Below, in pieces: positions 12,859 through 26,167 of a stretch of 64,000 nt of DNA. Each line of letters starts with the position of its first letter. Within the stretch, counting starts at the first letter, position 1. The notes below the pieces were generated by a model. It was not told the origin of the DNA. It saw only the letters and a program-made list of their open reading frames with translations, and did not search any database. The translations under genes and the position numbers were made by a program. The DNA is from Octopus sinensis (taxonomy: Eukaryota), in the NCBI RefSeq assembly GCF_006345805.1, contig NC_043011.1:49922464-49986463 (forward strand), in the 5' to 3' direction.

Positions 12859-14459
12859 TCTTATCTGAGTATGTTTGTATGTGTGCATTTAACAGAATTA
12901 TTCTCTTAAGAGAAGTTTCTTTTTGCGTTGCATATATTTAAAAAAAAAAAGGAGAGAAATTCAGCTAATACTGTTGAGTATGCATGTACATTTTATCACA
13001 TTTTTGCACACCTACATGTAACATTATGTTACAGGAGTGTTATCGGAGTTCCATTTCGTTGTTCGAAAGTAGTATAGAACATAGATATAACTTCATTTCT
13101 TTTGTTACCAAAAGCCACTGTTTTGTTGAATATAAATTGTTTGTCAGTATAATGTAGCAGACATCTTGCATTGGAGAATTAGTTGTAATCTTCTTAACAC
13201 AGGGTGTTAGCTAGAAATGAGATATGTTTTCGCAATATATTACACTATCCGTGACAAATATTATACATTCACATTTGATATATGTATATCTATATGTTTG
13301 TGTGTGTGTGTGTGTGTGTGTACGTTCATGTCTGTGTGTCTGTGTGTGTGTGTGGGCAGAGAGACAGTGACAGGTAAACGTAGAGGGAGAGCAACAAAGA
13401 TGAGGAGAGTGTTAGATGTAGATGTGCATGTAGCTATGTGTATATCTGATACAAATGCACATATCCACATATGGAGGTACCTGGGATCTTAAATATATAA
13501 GAATCTGTGCCTATTTCGTTCTTTTTCTCTCGCTCCTCTATATATGTGTCTTTCTGTGTGTGTGTGTATGTGTATGTTATTGTTTAGTTTTATTTCAAAA
13601 TTTCTAGCCAATAGAGAAAGAGTCGGTTTCTAAGCTTGATCCAATGCCCCTTCATTGGAATTTTAACACCAACAACAGGGTACTATTTTTTCGTTTGCAT
13701 GTATGTATGTATCTAAGCAAATTTGTATGTTTTGCTTTATGTATTTATTCTCATGCATACAGTTGCATATCTAGACGTGCTCATATATATTCAAATGATA
13801 AACTTCTGGAAAGTTTTACAGAATTTTAGTTCCAGTGATGGATTGGGTCTGTAGTCTTCGAATTAGGTTTCTCTTTTCTTAGTTTGAGAAGCCTAATTCC
13901 TCAAGACTGTTATTTAGGCAGTGTGACATATCCCAGGACCTCAGTAATTACAGGTATACACCTGAATTTGTAATCGGGATAGAGTAACTGCAAATTTCTG
14001 AATAGTTCAGTATAGGTATTTTCTTTTTCACTGATCTTCAGATTTATGTTAACATCCGCTGAGCAGATTTACATAGTTTCTCTTCTCTATTCCAAATATG
14101 TGTGCATATGTATGTGTGTGTGTGAAGAGAGAGAGAGAGAGGGTGCGTTTGTGTGTGTGTGTGTGTGTATGTGTGTGTGTTTGTGTGTTTGTTTGTTGCA
14201 AGACTCTAAACGATTCGTTTCGTGGCGCGGATAGCGACCAAGATGTACTCAGAGAAACCAAAATCTGAATTCCAAAGTCATATTTCACCCGAAACAGCTG
14301 TTACGTAAACATTATTGTATCCTCCTTTATGTTTACTTGTATCACACACACACACAAACACACACACACACAAACACACGCCGCATACGGACATACACAC
14401 GCACACGGAGAAACACATGCAGACACACACAGGGTATTTCTGGCTGCGGTTGTTTCTTA

Positions 14460-14740
14460 TTTCTTTATTGCCCACATGCGGGGCTAAACATAGAGGGGAC
14501 AAACAAGGACAGACAAAAGGATCGACGCCATTGCGTAACTGGTACTTAATTTATCGACCCTGATAGGACGAAAAGAAAAGTCGCCCTCGGTGGAATTTGA
14601 ACTTAGACCGTAACGGCAGACGAAATACCTATTTCTTTACAACCCACAAGGAGCTAAACACAGAGAGGATTAACAAGGACAGACAAACGGATTAAGTCGA
14701 TTATGTCAACCCCAGTGTGTAACTGGTACTTATTTAATCG
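14460..14740 (-). mobile_element. Two partial SINE family A copies in tandem
   Basis: ggtacttaatttatcgaccc and ggaatttgaactt motifs occur twice. Confidence 0.65.
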
Positions 14741-15922
14741 ACCCGGATGTTTCTACCAGCTCGCCGTCTTATTTCCATGCTGCGATTATTTCTATGAGAT
14801 ATGATTGTGTATAACGGAAAACATTTTTACTAATAATTTCCTGACAATTTAATAATTATGCTAACTGTTGTTTATTTACCTTACCTTAATTAACGCCCTT
14901 TTCCATAATTGCGCATTATTATGCAAATACACACTCACACACACACGCAAGTTTACAGTATTATATATATATCCATTCCAGCAGCTCTTATCAATCTGTG
15001 GGTGTGTGTTTATTTGTTTGTGTGAGTGAATGTATGTCGCGCTTTTTTCAGTTTCTGTCTACTACATCCACTGACAAAGCCTTCATCGGCCCGAAGCTCT
15101 AGTAGAAGACACATACCCAAGGTGCCAAGCCGGAGGATAAAATCCGGTAGCATGCGGCTGTGAAGCGAGCTTCATACCATACAGCCACGACCCTCTAAAC
15201 CACTTGGGTACAGAAGTGAAGTTTGAACAATTCACCTTTTCGTGACTCCTTTTGCGGCAGAACCAGCTGCCCAAAACCGTTCTCATATTTCCAGAAAATA
15301 ACCTAATAAGCCTGCTCTTTTCTTAATGGTATTTCATCTTCGGAAAAATTCTTCATTCTTAAGATTATCTCCTTTTCTTCTATGGAGCTGGTCTTAAGAG
15401 CCATTTGGTAATTAGGATATATATTTAAACACTTAGACGCATAGATGAATACAGAGAGAGAGAGGACGGGGAGAGGGATAGAGGAAGAAAGATATTGACA
15501 TAAACACACATGATTTCTCTAATACACAGTTGTATCGCATTGAAATGATCGTAAAGACAGTAACAGCCTCTCTCTCTCTGTGTCTGCATGTGTTTCTCCG
15601 TATGCAAGTGTGTGCGTGCACGTGTTTTTGCGTGTGTATGTGTCTTATGTGTGCGCGTGTGTAGGCTGTTAATGCATGCGGAATTACCGGCATTACATGG
15701 ATATAAAGCTCATCAGACGCCACAAGATGCCATGAAGAATTCAATAAGTTCTTAATCTCTAAAGAGACGAAAGAGACAGTCTGTGCATCAGTGAAAGGTC
15801 ATGCGGTGCAAGCACTCGTTTTATGTGATTTCATCTTATGCCCTGCCAGATGTACTGCGCTCACACTCTCCCTCTCTCTCTCACCCTTTCTCTCTTCTTT
15901 CTCTCTCCCTCTGCCTTTCATG

Positions 15923-15979
<57 letters not shown>

Positions 15980-16572
15980 TTATGTAAGTATATGTATATA
16001 TGTCAAATATACACACACACACACACATATATATATATGCGTATATATATATATACGTATATATATATATGTATGTATATATATATATGTATTTATGTAA
16101 ATGTATATACCCACACATCCACACATACGTAACCCTTACACATATAGATATATATATGTATCTACCCATCTTTGCTTATCTCCATATCTCTTTCATGCTG
16201 TATCTCGCTTCTTACATCTTGATAACACTTAAAGCAATTTCAGATTTAGAATAGGAAGTTATACATATGTATTACATTACATATCCACACACACAACACA
16301 CACACAAACACACACACACACACACACATACATGCATGCACACACTCATACACACACGCATACACACACATGCATGCCTGCGCACGCACACACAGACGCC
16401 ACACACACACACACACAGACACACATACACATCGCACACATATATATTTGTGTGTATACACATATATATATAAACATATATACAGTTTTTTTCTCAATCT
16501 TTATGCAATATAAATGCGTTCTACATTCAGTTATTGATTTTATGTCTCCATTATTTTCATTTTCAATCATCT

Positions 16573-16609
<37 letters not shown>

Positions 16610-17140
16610 ATCGCGTCTTCTGTCTCTGTCTCAAATTCCAATCACTCTCTTTGTCTCTTTTTGTCCTCTCTCTTTCTCTCTGTCTTTTTGTCTACCTGTC
16701 AATCTTTTTCTTTCTCTCTCTCTGTCTCCCCTTTCTCTCTCCCCCTCTTTCCCAATCTCACACAATTTTTTCACACATGCTATCTATCATTTTTGGTCCA
16801 ATGGCCGTCATTCTAAACACTCTAGTTTATCTTCTATTTTCTTTTAGTCATTAAATTGACATGATTCCACGCAACTTCTCTCTAGAAAATTCTCTTATAA
16901 GGCATTGGTGTGCCCAGGGCTACAGCAAAAGATACTCGCCCAAGGTGAGGAAAAATGCGATTAAACCCAAACCAAAATATTATGGTCAACTACACTGTAA
17001 TGCCTGTGGTCGCCTCCACTCAGACTCTGGCGTTTCAACATCATAGATAAATACTTAAATATAGATGCACGTGAAATAGCATAACTTGAAATTTATTCAT
17101 TGTTTCTATGTATTTCGTCCAAGGTGACAACGAGTCGGAG

Positions 17141-17178
<38 letters not shown>

Positions 17179-17215
17179 CCGAAGTTTTCAGTATTCTATA
17201 TATCCATTCCAGCCG

Positions 17216-17297
17216 CTCTTATCAATCTGTTTCGCATTAGGGGTTCACCGGAATGTTACGTAACAATCCAACTATGTAACCCTGCGCTCATCAGAGG
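17216..17297 (-). ncRNA. Hammerhead-like motif with imperfect stems I and III
   Basis: Minus strand CTGATGA-GCGCAGGGTT...AACCCCTAATGC-GAAA-CAGATTGA-TA-AGAG; core intact, stem II plausible. Confidence 0.4.
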
Positions 17298-18144
17298 TAG
17301 ACGATATAAAATACATCTATATATACATACATCTATATATATATATATATATATAATTTTAATCCAAACGGAAACAAAAACAAACAAACAATGGAACATT
17401 ACAGTATTATTATTAATAGGCGCCCAGGAAATGGAAGCAGGGAGGTATGACGTTTCGAGCGGAGCTCTTCGTCGGAAACATAAAGAAGGAAGAGAGAGAA
17501 GAAAGAAAGATCCAGACCAGCGGGCAACAGGGAAAGAGAAAAAAGACGACTGGTGTTTACGAGTTGCACATGGTGAAAGGCGGATGTTTACGAAAACAGA
17601 GCAAAGTGGGTTTTTAAAGGCAAAAGAGTGGAGATAAGGTTGGTAACGCAACAGATGTGTGTGTATGTGTGAGTGTGTGCGTGTGCGTGTGTGTATGTGT
17701 GTATGTGAGGCGAGATGAAAAAACACAAAAATAATATATGTGTGTGTAGTAGTGTGTGCGTCTGTGTGTAGGCGTGTGAGGTAGGGCGAGAGTAGTGGTC
17801 AGCTTAGCAGACAAGGTCAGTAGTAAGAAAAAGAAGGAAGGAGGAAGGGAGGAGGGGAAGGGGTGGGGGCGTATGTAGCGTGCCAGCGTGTGTTGAGTAG
17901 TAGTGTGTGTGTGTGTCCAGTGTCGTGGTGGTATTAATGGCGAGTAGATCGAATGTGTGTAAGAGTATGTATTATATTTAAGCAATGTGTGTATATGTGT
18001 GCGCGTGTGTGTAACGAAAAAAGGGGGGGGGGGTTAAGGAAAAAGACTCCAGCTGAGGGGAAGATGGAAGAGTGGTCCCGCGGAGACGGGCGTGGGATAT
18101 ATATATATATATAATATATATATATATATAATAAGATATATATA

Positions 18145-18189
<45 letters not shown>

Positions 18190-18353
18190 TATCATATATA
18201 TGAATGTCGCATAGCGACACATGAAGCTGAGTGGTTAAATTTTTGGCATCAAGATCATAAACACATGAATTCAATTTCTGGCCTTATCCTGCCCTTTCTT
18301 TCTCTCTCACTCGTTCTCTCGAGCTGTCAAACATATATTATCTACGTTTACAG

Positions 18354-18390
18354 GTCATGGGCAGATACACTCCAAAGACATTTGGCGTAG
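18354..18390 (+). CDS. Candidate 37-nt internal exon (VMGRYTPKTFGV or xHGQIHSKDIWR)
   Basis: Acceptor tctacgtttacAG, donor TAG|GTATGT. Confidence 0.3.
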
Positions 18391-18858
18391 GTATGTATGC
18401 GTGTCTGTGTTTATATGTATTTCTATGCATATACACACACGCAAATACTCACACAATACACACACATACATTCACCTACTCCTCCATTTTCAGTTTGGCA
18501 TCACCGGTACTTTATTATCTCCCCTTCTTCCTAGCTCACCTGTCTAACTACCTTTGTCCAACCAGTCGACATGATTGACCGCTAAATCCAAAAGTTGGTT
18601 TATATCATCGTGTTCCTTTCTGTTGAAGAGCGTATGCTCGAAACGTAAAAGACTTTCTCAACTTTCGGAGTGTCAAACTAATACACCTGTTTCTTGTTTA
18701 CACCTATCTTCGTCTTCGGTTTTTTATATTCTATATATATTATATTATATATATATATATATATACATGTCATATGATACACATCCCCATATATAATATA
18801 TATAATAGGTGTGTGTGTGTGGGTGTGTGTGTGTGTTGTGTCATATGCTTACATCTCC

Positions 18859-18917
<59 letters not shown>

Positions 18918-19097
18918 TTGAGTGTATATATATATGTATGTGTGTGTGTATAAATTAGAAAAGAATCACCATGTAGCAATTCAACAATGATATAATTAAA
19001 TCATACCATATAGAAAAAATTTAAAATGCGATTAAAGAATTAACCTAGAACTAAATAAAGTACGAAATAATAAATAACTAGTATATAATTAGTAAAT

Positions 19098-19180
19098 AGA
19101 CTACACGTGTTTCGTGCCTATATTTTCAAACTGGTAACAGTAAAATCAATTCTCTTTAAATATAGTCACTCATCAGGTCC
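19098..19180 (-). ncRNA. Type I hammerhead ribozyme with canonical core (Penelope-type, palindromic stem III)
   Basis: GGAC-CTGATGA-GTGACTATATTT...AAATATAGGCAC-GAAA-CACGTG-TA-GTCT; stem II 11 of 12 pairs, stem III palindrome ACACGTGT, GUA triplet. Confidence 0.8.
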
Positions 19181-19299
19181 AAGATAAAAACAATAAAATA
19201 ATTAAATAAATGTACGTATATTATCTTCTAAGAAAATAAAAATATTTATAAAAATATATCCTGTAAGTTTGGAATCATATCCCCTATTATTATTATTGA

Positions 19300-19353
<54 letters not shown>

Positions 19354-19420
19354 TATTATTATCATTATTATCATCATTATTATCATTATTTTATTATTAT
19401 TATTATTATCATTATTATCA

Positions 19421-19477
<57 letters not shown>

Positions 19478-20064
19478 ATATTATTTTATACATACATATA
19501 TATATATTTATTTATTTAAATGTGTATCCATATGTATGTAAGTATGTGTGTATGTGTGTGTGTGTGTTTGCTGTGATGTCATTCGATACAATAAAGTAGA
19601 GACGAATTAGTAATTTCTTTTTCGATAAGAACCTTATACAGAATATCCTGTAGCAAATTGGTTTCATATTCCTTGAATTTACTGCAGGAGATAAATCGGT
19701 AAACAAAGATAAACACATTCAATACATCTTACTTTTGAATACACCTACACACACACATACACGCGCACATATACACTCACACATATAAACACACACACTC
19801 ACACACAGTCACACACAGAGACAAACAAAAGCACAAACACAAACAGACAGCCCCCCAAAGCACACACACACACAAACGCATACACATTAGCACACATATA
19901 AACTGTTACGCAGTAGAAGACGATCAATTTGCTATTTTGTTAAAATATAGCTTTTGTTCTCTTTAAGGAAAATAGCTAAGGCTAACGCTATGTTTGTGGA
20001 AGAATATTTTAGAAAAATGCCATCTCAAATAATTTTTTTTATTGTTTAAATTCAAACAATATAT

Positions 20065-20178
<114 letters not shown>

Positions 20179-20188
20179 GCGGACAGAC

Positions 20189-20240
<52 letters not shown>

Positions 20241-20253
20241 TATATATATATAG

Positions 20254-20284
<31 letters not shown>

Positions 20285-20369
20285 CATCGTCACTGATAAC
20301 TTAGGATTGAAATGTAGGATTTTTCGGTTTGCTCTGAATTGATTTTGATAGAAATTCCCCGGCTTGTTT

Positions 20370-21769
20370 GCGCTCTAAGGCGACACCATTATTATGTTTA
20401 CATTATTCTGTGTAATGTATTTTCTTTTATTATTTCAGCCTTTTTTAGTTTTGGAGGTGAACCACGCTAATAGCTTTGAATTAATATAGGCCAGGGGGAC
20501 TTTTTTTGTCAGGTAGACTTTTTTTAACAGAAACCCATAATACTTATTATAACATTTATTGACTTAATGATTTATTTAGCCACATGAGCGCCATTTCGAC
20601 GGATAATTTCAAAAACTATAAGTCATGGAATCTCTCAATTTCTTAATAGTAGCAGTTTGGACTCCCTCTACTGCAGCTTTGATAGCCGGTCATATGACAT
20701 CTTTCGACGTAAATTGACGTCCATCGGCTTAAACATCTTGTTTAATGATGAACCAAAAATTTTCGGTAGGGTTGATATCAAGAGATGCTGATGGCCACAC
20801 AATCGACATTTCACTTTGAATGTCGTAAGACCCTAGTAATATTTTGGTGGTCCTAGCAGAGTAAGAGGTAGCGTTGTCATGCATGAATACGAGATTGAAT
20901 TCTTAGAAGTGACAGCGGTATGTCATCAAGCCAGGGATCCGATACCTTCTTCAGGTGATTTCAGTAGGCAGCTGCGGCCTCTTTAACCTCTTCAGGTACC
21001 CTGACAGGGCCAACAAGTCAGTCCCCAATGATACTAGCCCACAACATGACTCCTCTATGCAGCTGTTGAAGTCGGTAAGGTTTATGACGCTCATCTCATT
21101 TGTCCAACCGTCAGGTCCGTCAAGGGGCCTAGTTTCGTCAGTGAACAGAACACAACTCATGTCTAATATCATGTATTTTTGGGCCCATTGAAGCCTAAAA
21201 CCCCTGTAACGTGGCGTTAAAGGAAGCAGTTTCAAGGGTTCTCGATGGGAAGCCATGGTTCCGTGGATCCCATTTTTGGTGGTTTTTCTGTACATTAGGA
21301 AGTCTGGAGGCAGTAGAAATGTCTTTGGCTGTTTGTCCAGGTTTACCAATGTAACTTGCGGCCAATATTCCTTAAATCTCTAGCTCTCTTAATCTTGGAA
21401 GTCCCACAATCGGATCGTTTCTTCCTTGGCTAAGGGTCCTTCATGAATCGTCCAACCGTGTCCACACGATATCCTAATTTCTCCACAATGACGTGAACAG
21501 GATGCCTTTAGCACTTTCCTTGAAGATGACAGACTTTTCTTCATCTTTAAGGCATTTTCCACGTCTCATTGTTCTTAAAGAGGACATACGGTAATAGCGT
21601 GGTTCACCCCAAAACTGAAGTATTTGAACTAAAGAAAAAAGTAAGGACGTTACAGAGAATAATGAAATCATAATTATGGTGTTGCCAGCTGGTAAACGTT
21701 TTATCAAAATCAATTGACAGAAGACTGAGAAATTCTGAATTTTACTACAACACTATTAATGTGATTCTG

Positions 21770-21772
<3 letters not shown>
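20370..21772 (-). mobile_element. Decayed Tc1/mariner-superfamily transposon, DD37E-spaced transposase pseudogene (about 21569 to 20560)
   Basis: MRRGKCLKDEEK start, VLFTDETRPLDGPDGW, FMHDNA...WPSASLDINPTENFW; 37 residues counted between the second D and E; TIRs not resolved. Confidence 0.8.
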
Positions 21773-21811
<39 letters not shown>

Positions 21812-22072
21812 CAAAGCTGGTATTGGAAATGCACCTAAATTTGAAAAATTGCAATTGTTTAAACCAAATTTATTTACATATATACCACTCTAGTTTCAAC
21901 AATATTTTTTGTTTATCAATGGTAAAAATTTAGAATTATGAATTAGAAAGACATGTTATACATATATATATATATATATATTTATGTATATGTATGTATA
22001 TACATATATATATACATAGTACATATGCATATATTTACATATATTCATACATATATAGAGAGAGATAGTTAT

Positions 22073-22150
<78 letters not shown>

Positions 22151-22924
22151 TGAAATCTGTGTATACAGAAAGAGAGGGAGAGAACAGAGAGATACTGAGA
22201 AAGAAACTGAGAAAGAAGACGAACCACGCACGTAAATTAATCGAAGGTAAACGGTGAAATTCTTCAGTGTCATTTCCATTTATGAAATTTCGCAAGTTAT
22301 GTTATTTCTGAAACAGTGAGTTCTACAGCCAAGTGTCTCCAAATATCTGTTGTATGAATCTAAACTTGATGCATGGGTGTTATTTTACATTTAACCGTGA
22401 TATACATTTCATATTTTGCTTCAACTTAAAATGCAGTGTTAACGCCAGCTAGACTGAATTCTACAAGTGTCTTCGCTGTACGAAATCATAATATATACCA
22501 GCCTTTATATCGATATCACAGTGTTATGGTTTTCAACACCATGTTTTCCATGAGGAAATTGTAGAATTTTACGACTGCTATATCAGTATTTCACAGGGAG
22601 ATATTACCATAATGATATATTCCGACAGATGATTATCATGTTTATCTTCATTGTTAACTCCAGTATTTCTTTTGGCTGTTATATCTAGCAGGTGTTTTAA
22701 TTACATTCTGATATTCTTTGTGTATTACGTATTTTGTGGTCAATAGAGCGTAAAATCAATTGTTTTGTTTCAAAGTCGTATCTAATATAATTACTATTCG
22801 CTATTCGTAACATATTGATTGGCTTGACTCTACCTAGAAAAGTCGTATTTCTAGTCGTATGTTGTTGTGTGTGCGTTTGTATGATTTCTGTGTGTGTAAG
22901 TTCCTATGTATATACGTATACACT

Positions 22925-23113
22925 TTACTCTTTTACTCTTTTACTTGTTTCAGTTATTTGACTGTGACCACGCTGCAGCACCGTCTTTACTCGAGAAAAT
23001 CGCCCCCAGGACTTATTCTTTGTAAGCCTAGTACTTATTATATCGGTCTATTTTGCCGAACCGCTATGTTACGGGGACGTAAACGCTACAGGGGGACAAA
23101 CATAGACACACAA

Positions 23114-23198
<85 letters not shown>

Positions 23199-23362
23199 TA
23201 CTACGTGCTTCTTTCAGTTTCCGTCTACCAAATCCAACACAAGGCTTTGGTCGGCCCGAGGCTATAGAAGACGGCACTTGCCCAAGGTGCCACGCAGTGA
23301 AACTGAACCCGGAACCATGTGGTTCGTAAGCAAGCTACTTACCACACAGCCACTCCTACGCC
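22925..23362 (-). mobile_element. SINE family B, full length
   Basis: Head (aggagtggctgtgtggtaagtagcttgc on minus), internal microsatellite and tail ending in (gagtaaaa)n. Confidence 0.8.
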
Positions 23363-23401
23363 TATATGTGTGTTTTATGCATTTATTCATATATATGTTT
23401 G

Positions 23402-23800
23402 TGTGGCTGTGTGGTAAGTAGCTTGCTTACCAGCCACATGGTTCCGGGTTCAGTCCCACTGCGTGGCATCTTGGGCAGGTGTCTTCTACTATACCCTCAG
23501 GCCGACCAGAGACTTGTGAGTGGACTTGGTAGAAGGAAACTGAAAAGAAGCCCATCGTATATATGTATATCTATACGTATATGTGTGCTTGTGTGTCTGT
23601 GCTTGTGCCCCCAACATCACTTGACAACCGATACTGGTGTGTTTGCGTCCCCGTAACTAAGCGGTTCGTCATATGACACCGATAGAATAAGTACTAGGCT
23701 TACAAGGAATAAGTCCTGGGGTCGATTTGCTCGACTAAAAAGGCGGTGCTCCAGCAGGGCCGCAGTCAAATAACTGAAACAAGTAAAAGAGTAAAGAGTA
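23402..23800 (+). mobile_element. SINE family B, full length, head-to-head with the previous copy
   Basis: gtggctgtgtggtaagtagcttgc...ggttccgggttcagtccc; tail aagtaaaagagtaaagag. Confidence 0.8.
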
Positions 23801-24501
23801 TATGAATATTTATATGTATGTATACATGCTTACGTTTCTAGACCATGAAAATATAGGTATAATATTATACAAAACAAATGTTATTATATCTAAACAAATA
23901 CACACATATATATATATACATACATACATGTATTCATGCAGCTATACATTGGTACAAACATACACTTACAGGCATACATGCATAAAACATACTTATACGG
24001 ATCTATACATATATAGGAATATACACACTGTATAAGTCATACATACATGCATAACCATAAATATATATAATAGCCATACCTACAAACATGCGTATAAACG
24101 TGCCTTAGCTCTATGATAGAGCTATGGCAATCATAGAGCTACGACTGCCTTAGCTCTATGTAATACATAGAGCTAAAGCAATCTATGTTTCACGGATAAT
24201 CATTATATTAGGTATGAATAAATGTAATTTCTATAGTCTCTAGTTGACTCAAAGCTTCTATATGTAATGCAAAAGGTACAAACTTGTTAGCTTCTGTGTC
24301 ATGCCGATTCTATCTGAGAATTACGTTAAGGGTATACATACCTCTGGAATACTCAGCCATATAGATATTGATCTAGCAACAGATAATTCAGTTCATGAAA
24401 CAACTGAGTATTCACTGTTCAACGTTGGAGATCCACTACCGACATCTATGTATGTATGTAGATGTTTGTGTGTTTTTTACGTCAATATATTATTTTCTGC
24501 G

Positions 24502-24737
24502 GGGCGGTGAGCTGGCAGAATCTGTAGCACACCGGGAAAAATGCTTAGCGGCATTTCGTCTGTGGTTAAGTTCTAAGTTCAATTTCTGCCGAGGTCGACT
24601 TTGCCTTTCATCCTTTCGCGGTCGATCAAATAAGTACCAGTTACGCACTCGGATCGATCTAACCAAATTAATCCCTTTGTCTGCCCTTGTTTTTCCAACT
24701 CTATGTTTAGCCCGCTGTGGGCAATAAAAAAAATAAA
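24502..24737 (+). mobile_element. SINE family A, full length
   Basis: ggcggtgagctggcagaa head, gtcgactttgcctttcatcctttcg core, A-rich tail. Confidence 0.8.
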
Positions 24738-25139
24738 TATATCATCTTCCGCATGCTTCTCACAGTTACTTTGAGCCAAGATCATATACTCACCTTAGGT
24801 AAACGAAACAATTAATGAGACACCTAGTTATTACATGAACTGTTAAAGATAGCCATTTGGTCAAACAGTGTCCTGCCCGAAGTATATCAGTAAATCTTAC
24901 TGGACGTTGGGATCTTACATCAGTATGCACATACATTAAATTACATTGGTGTATGATTTGTCCGTTCCAGTGAAAGTAGGAATAAATGCCATCACAGATA
25001 GGCTACAAATAGCAGCCAAGTACAATTCAGCCGTCATTAAAAAAATCAAGGTAACTATAGTAGCTAATGTGATTATGTGTGTTTATATAAACACACGTGC
25101 ATATATTTACATATATGTACATATACATACATGTGTGTA

Positions 25140-25440
25140 GAGGTGCATGGCCTAGTGGTTAGAGCAGCGAACTCGCGGTCTAGGAATCGCAGGTTCGAAT
25201 CGCAGACCGGGAGATGTGTGTGTTTACGAGCGAAACACCTAAGCTCCACACGGCTCCGTCAGAATGTAATGGCGAACTTCTGCTGCCTCTTTCGCCACAA
25301 CTTTCTCTCACTATTTCCTCCTGCATCTAGCAGCTCACCTGCGACGGACCGGCGTCCCGTTCAGGTGGGGAATCAATACACCAATGAAACCAGGAAACCG
25401 GCCCTTATGAGCCAGGTGTGGCTCGAGAAGGAACAAAGAA
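25140..25440 (+). mobile_element. tRNA-derived SINE family D
   Basis: A box tggcctagtgg and B box ggttcgaatc; body gagcgaaacacctaagctccac shared with 36320-36580 and 37642-37945. Confidence 0.75.
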
Positions 25441-25467
25441 TATATACATACATATATATATATATAT

Positions 25468-25521
<54 letters not shown>

Positions 25522-25536
25522 GTATGTAGTATGTAT

Positions 25537-25974
<438 letters not shown>

Positions 25975-25992
25975 ATATATATTATATATATA

Positions 25993-26030
<38 letters not shown>

Positions 26031-26035
<5 letters not shown>

Positions 26036-26167
26036 TATATAGAAGGAGCTTCTACAGGACTAGAACTGTTTCATTCAAGAGAAATCTTCAGGAAGCTTCC
26101 TGCTTCCTGAAGATTTCTCTTGAATGAAACAGTTCTAGTCCTGTAGAAGCTCCTTCTATATAATAAA
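26031..26167. repeat. Perfect 66-bp-arm palindrome with a 5-nt spacer
   Basis: 26031-26096 is the exact reverse complement of 26102-26167. Confidence 0.95.
26102..26150 (+). ncRNA. Minimal type I hammerhead motif (mirror copy on minus at 26048-26096)
   Basis: GCTTC-CTGAAGA-TTTC-TCTT-GAAT-GAAA-CAG-TTCTAGTC-CTG-TA-GAAGC; 5-bp stem I, GUA triplet, weak stem II. Confidence 0.65.
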
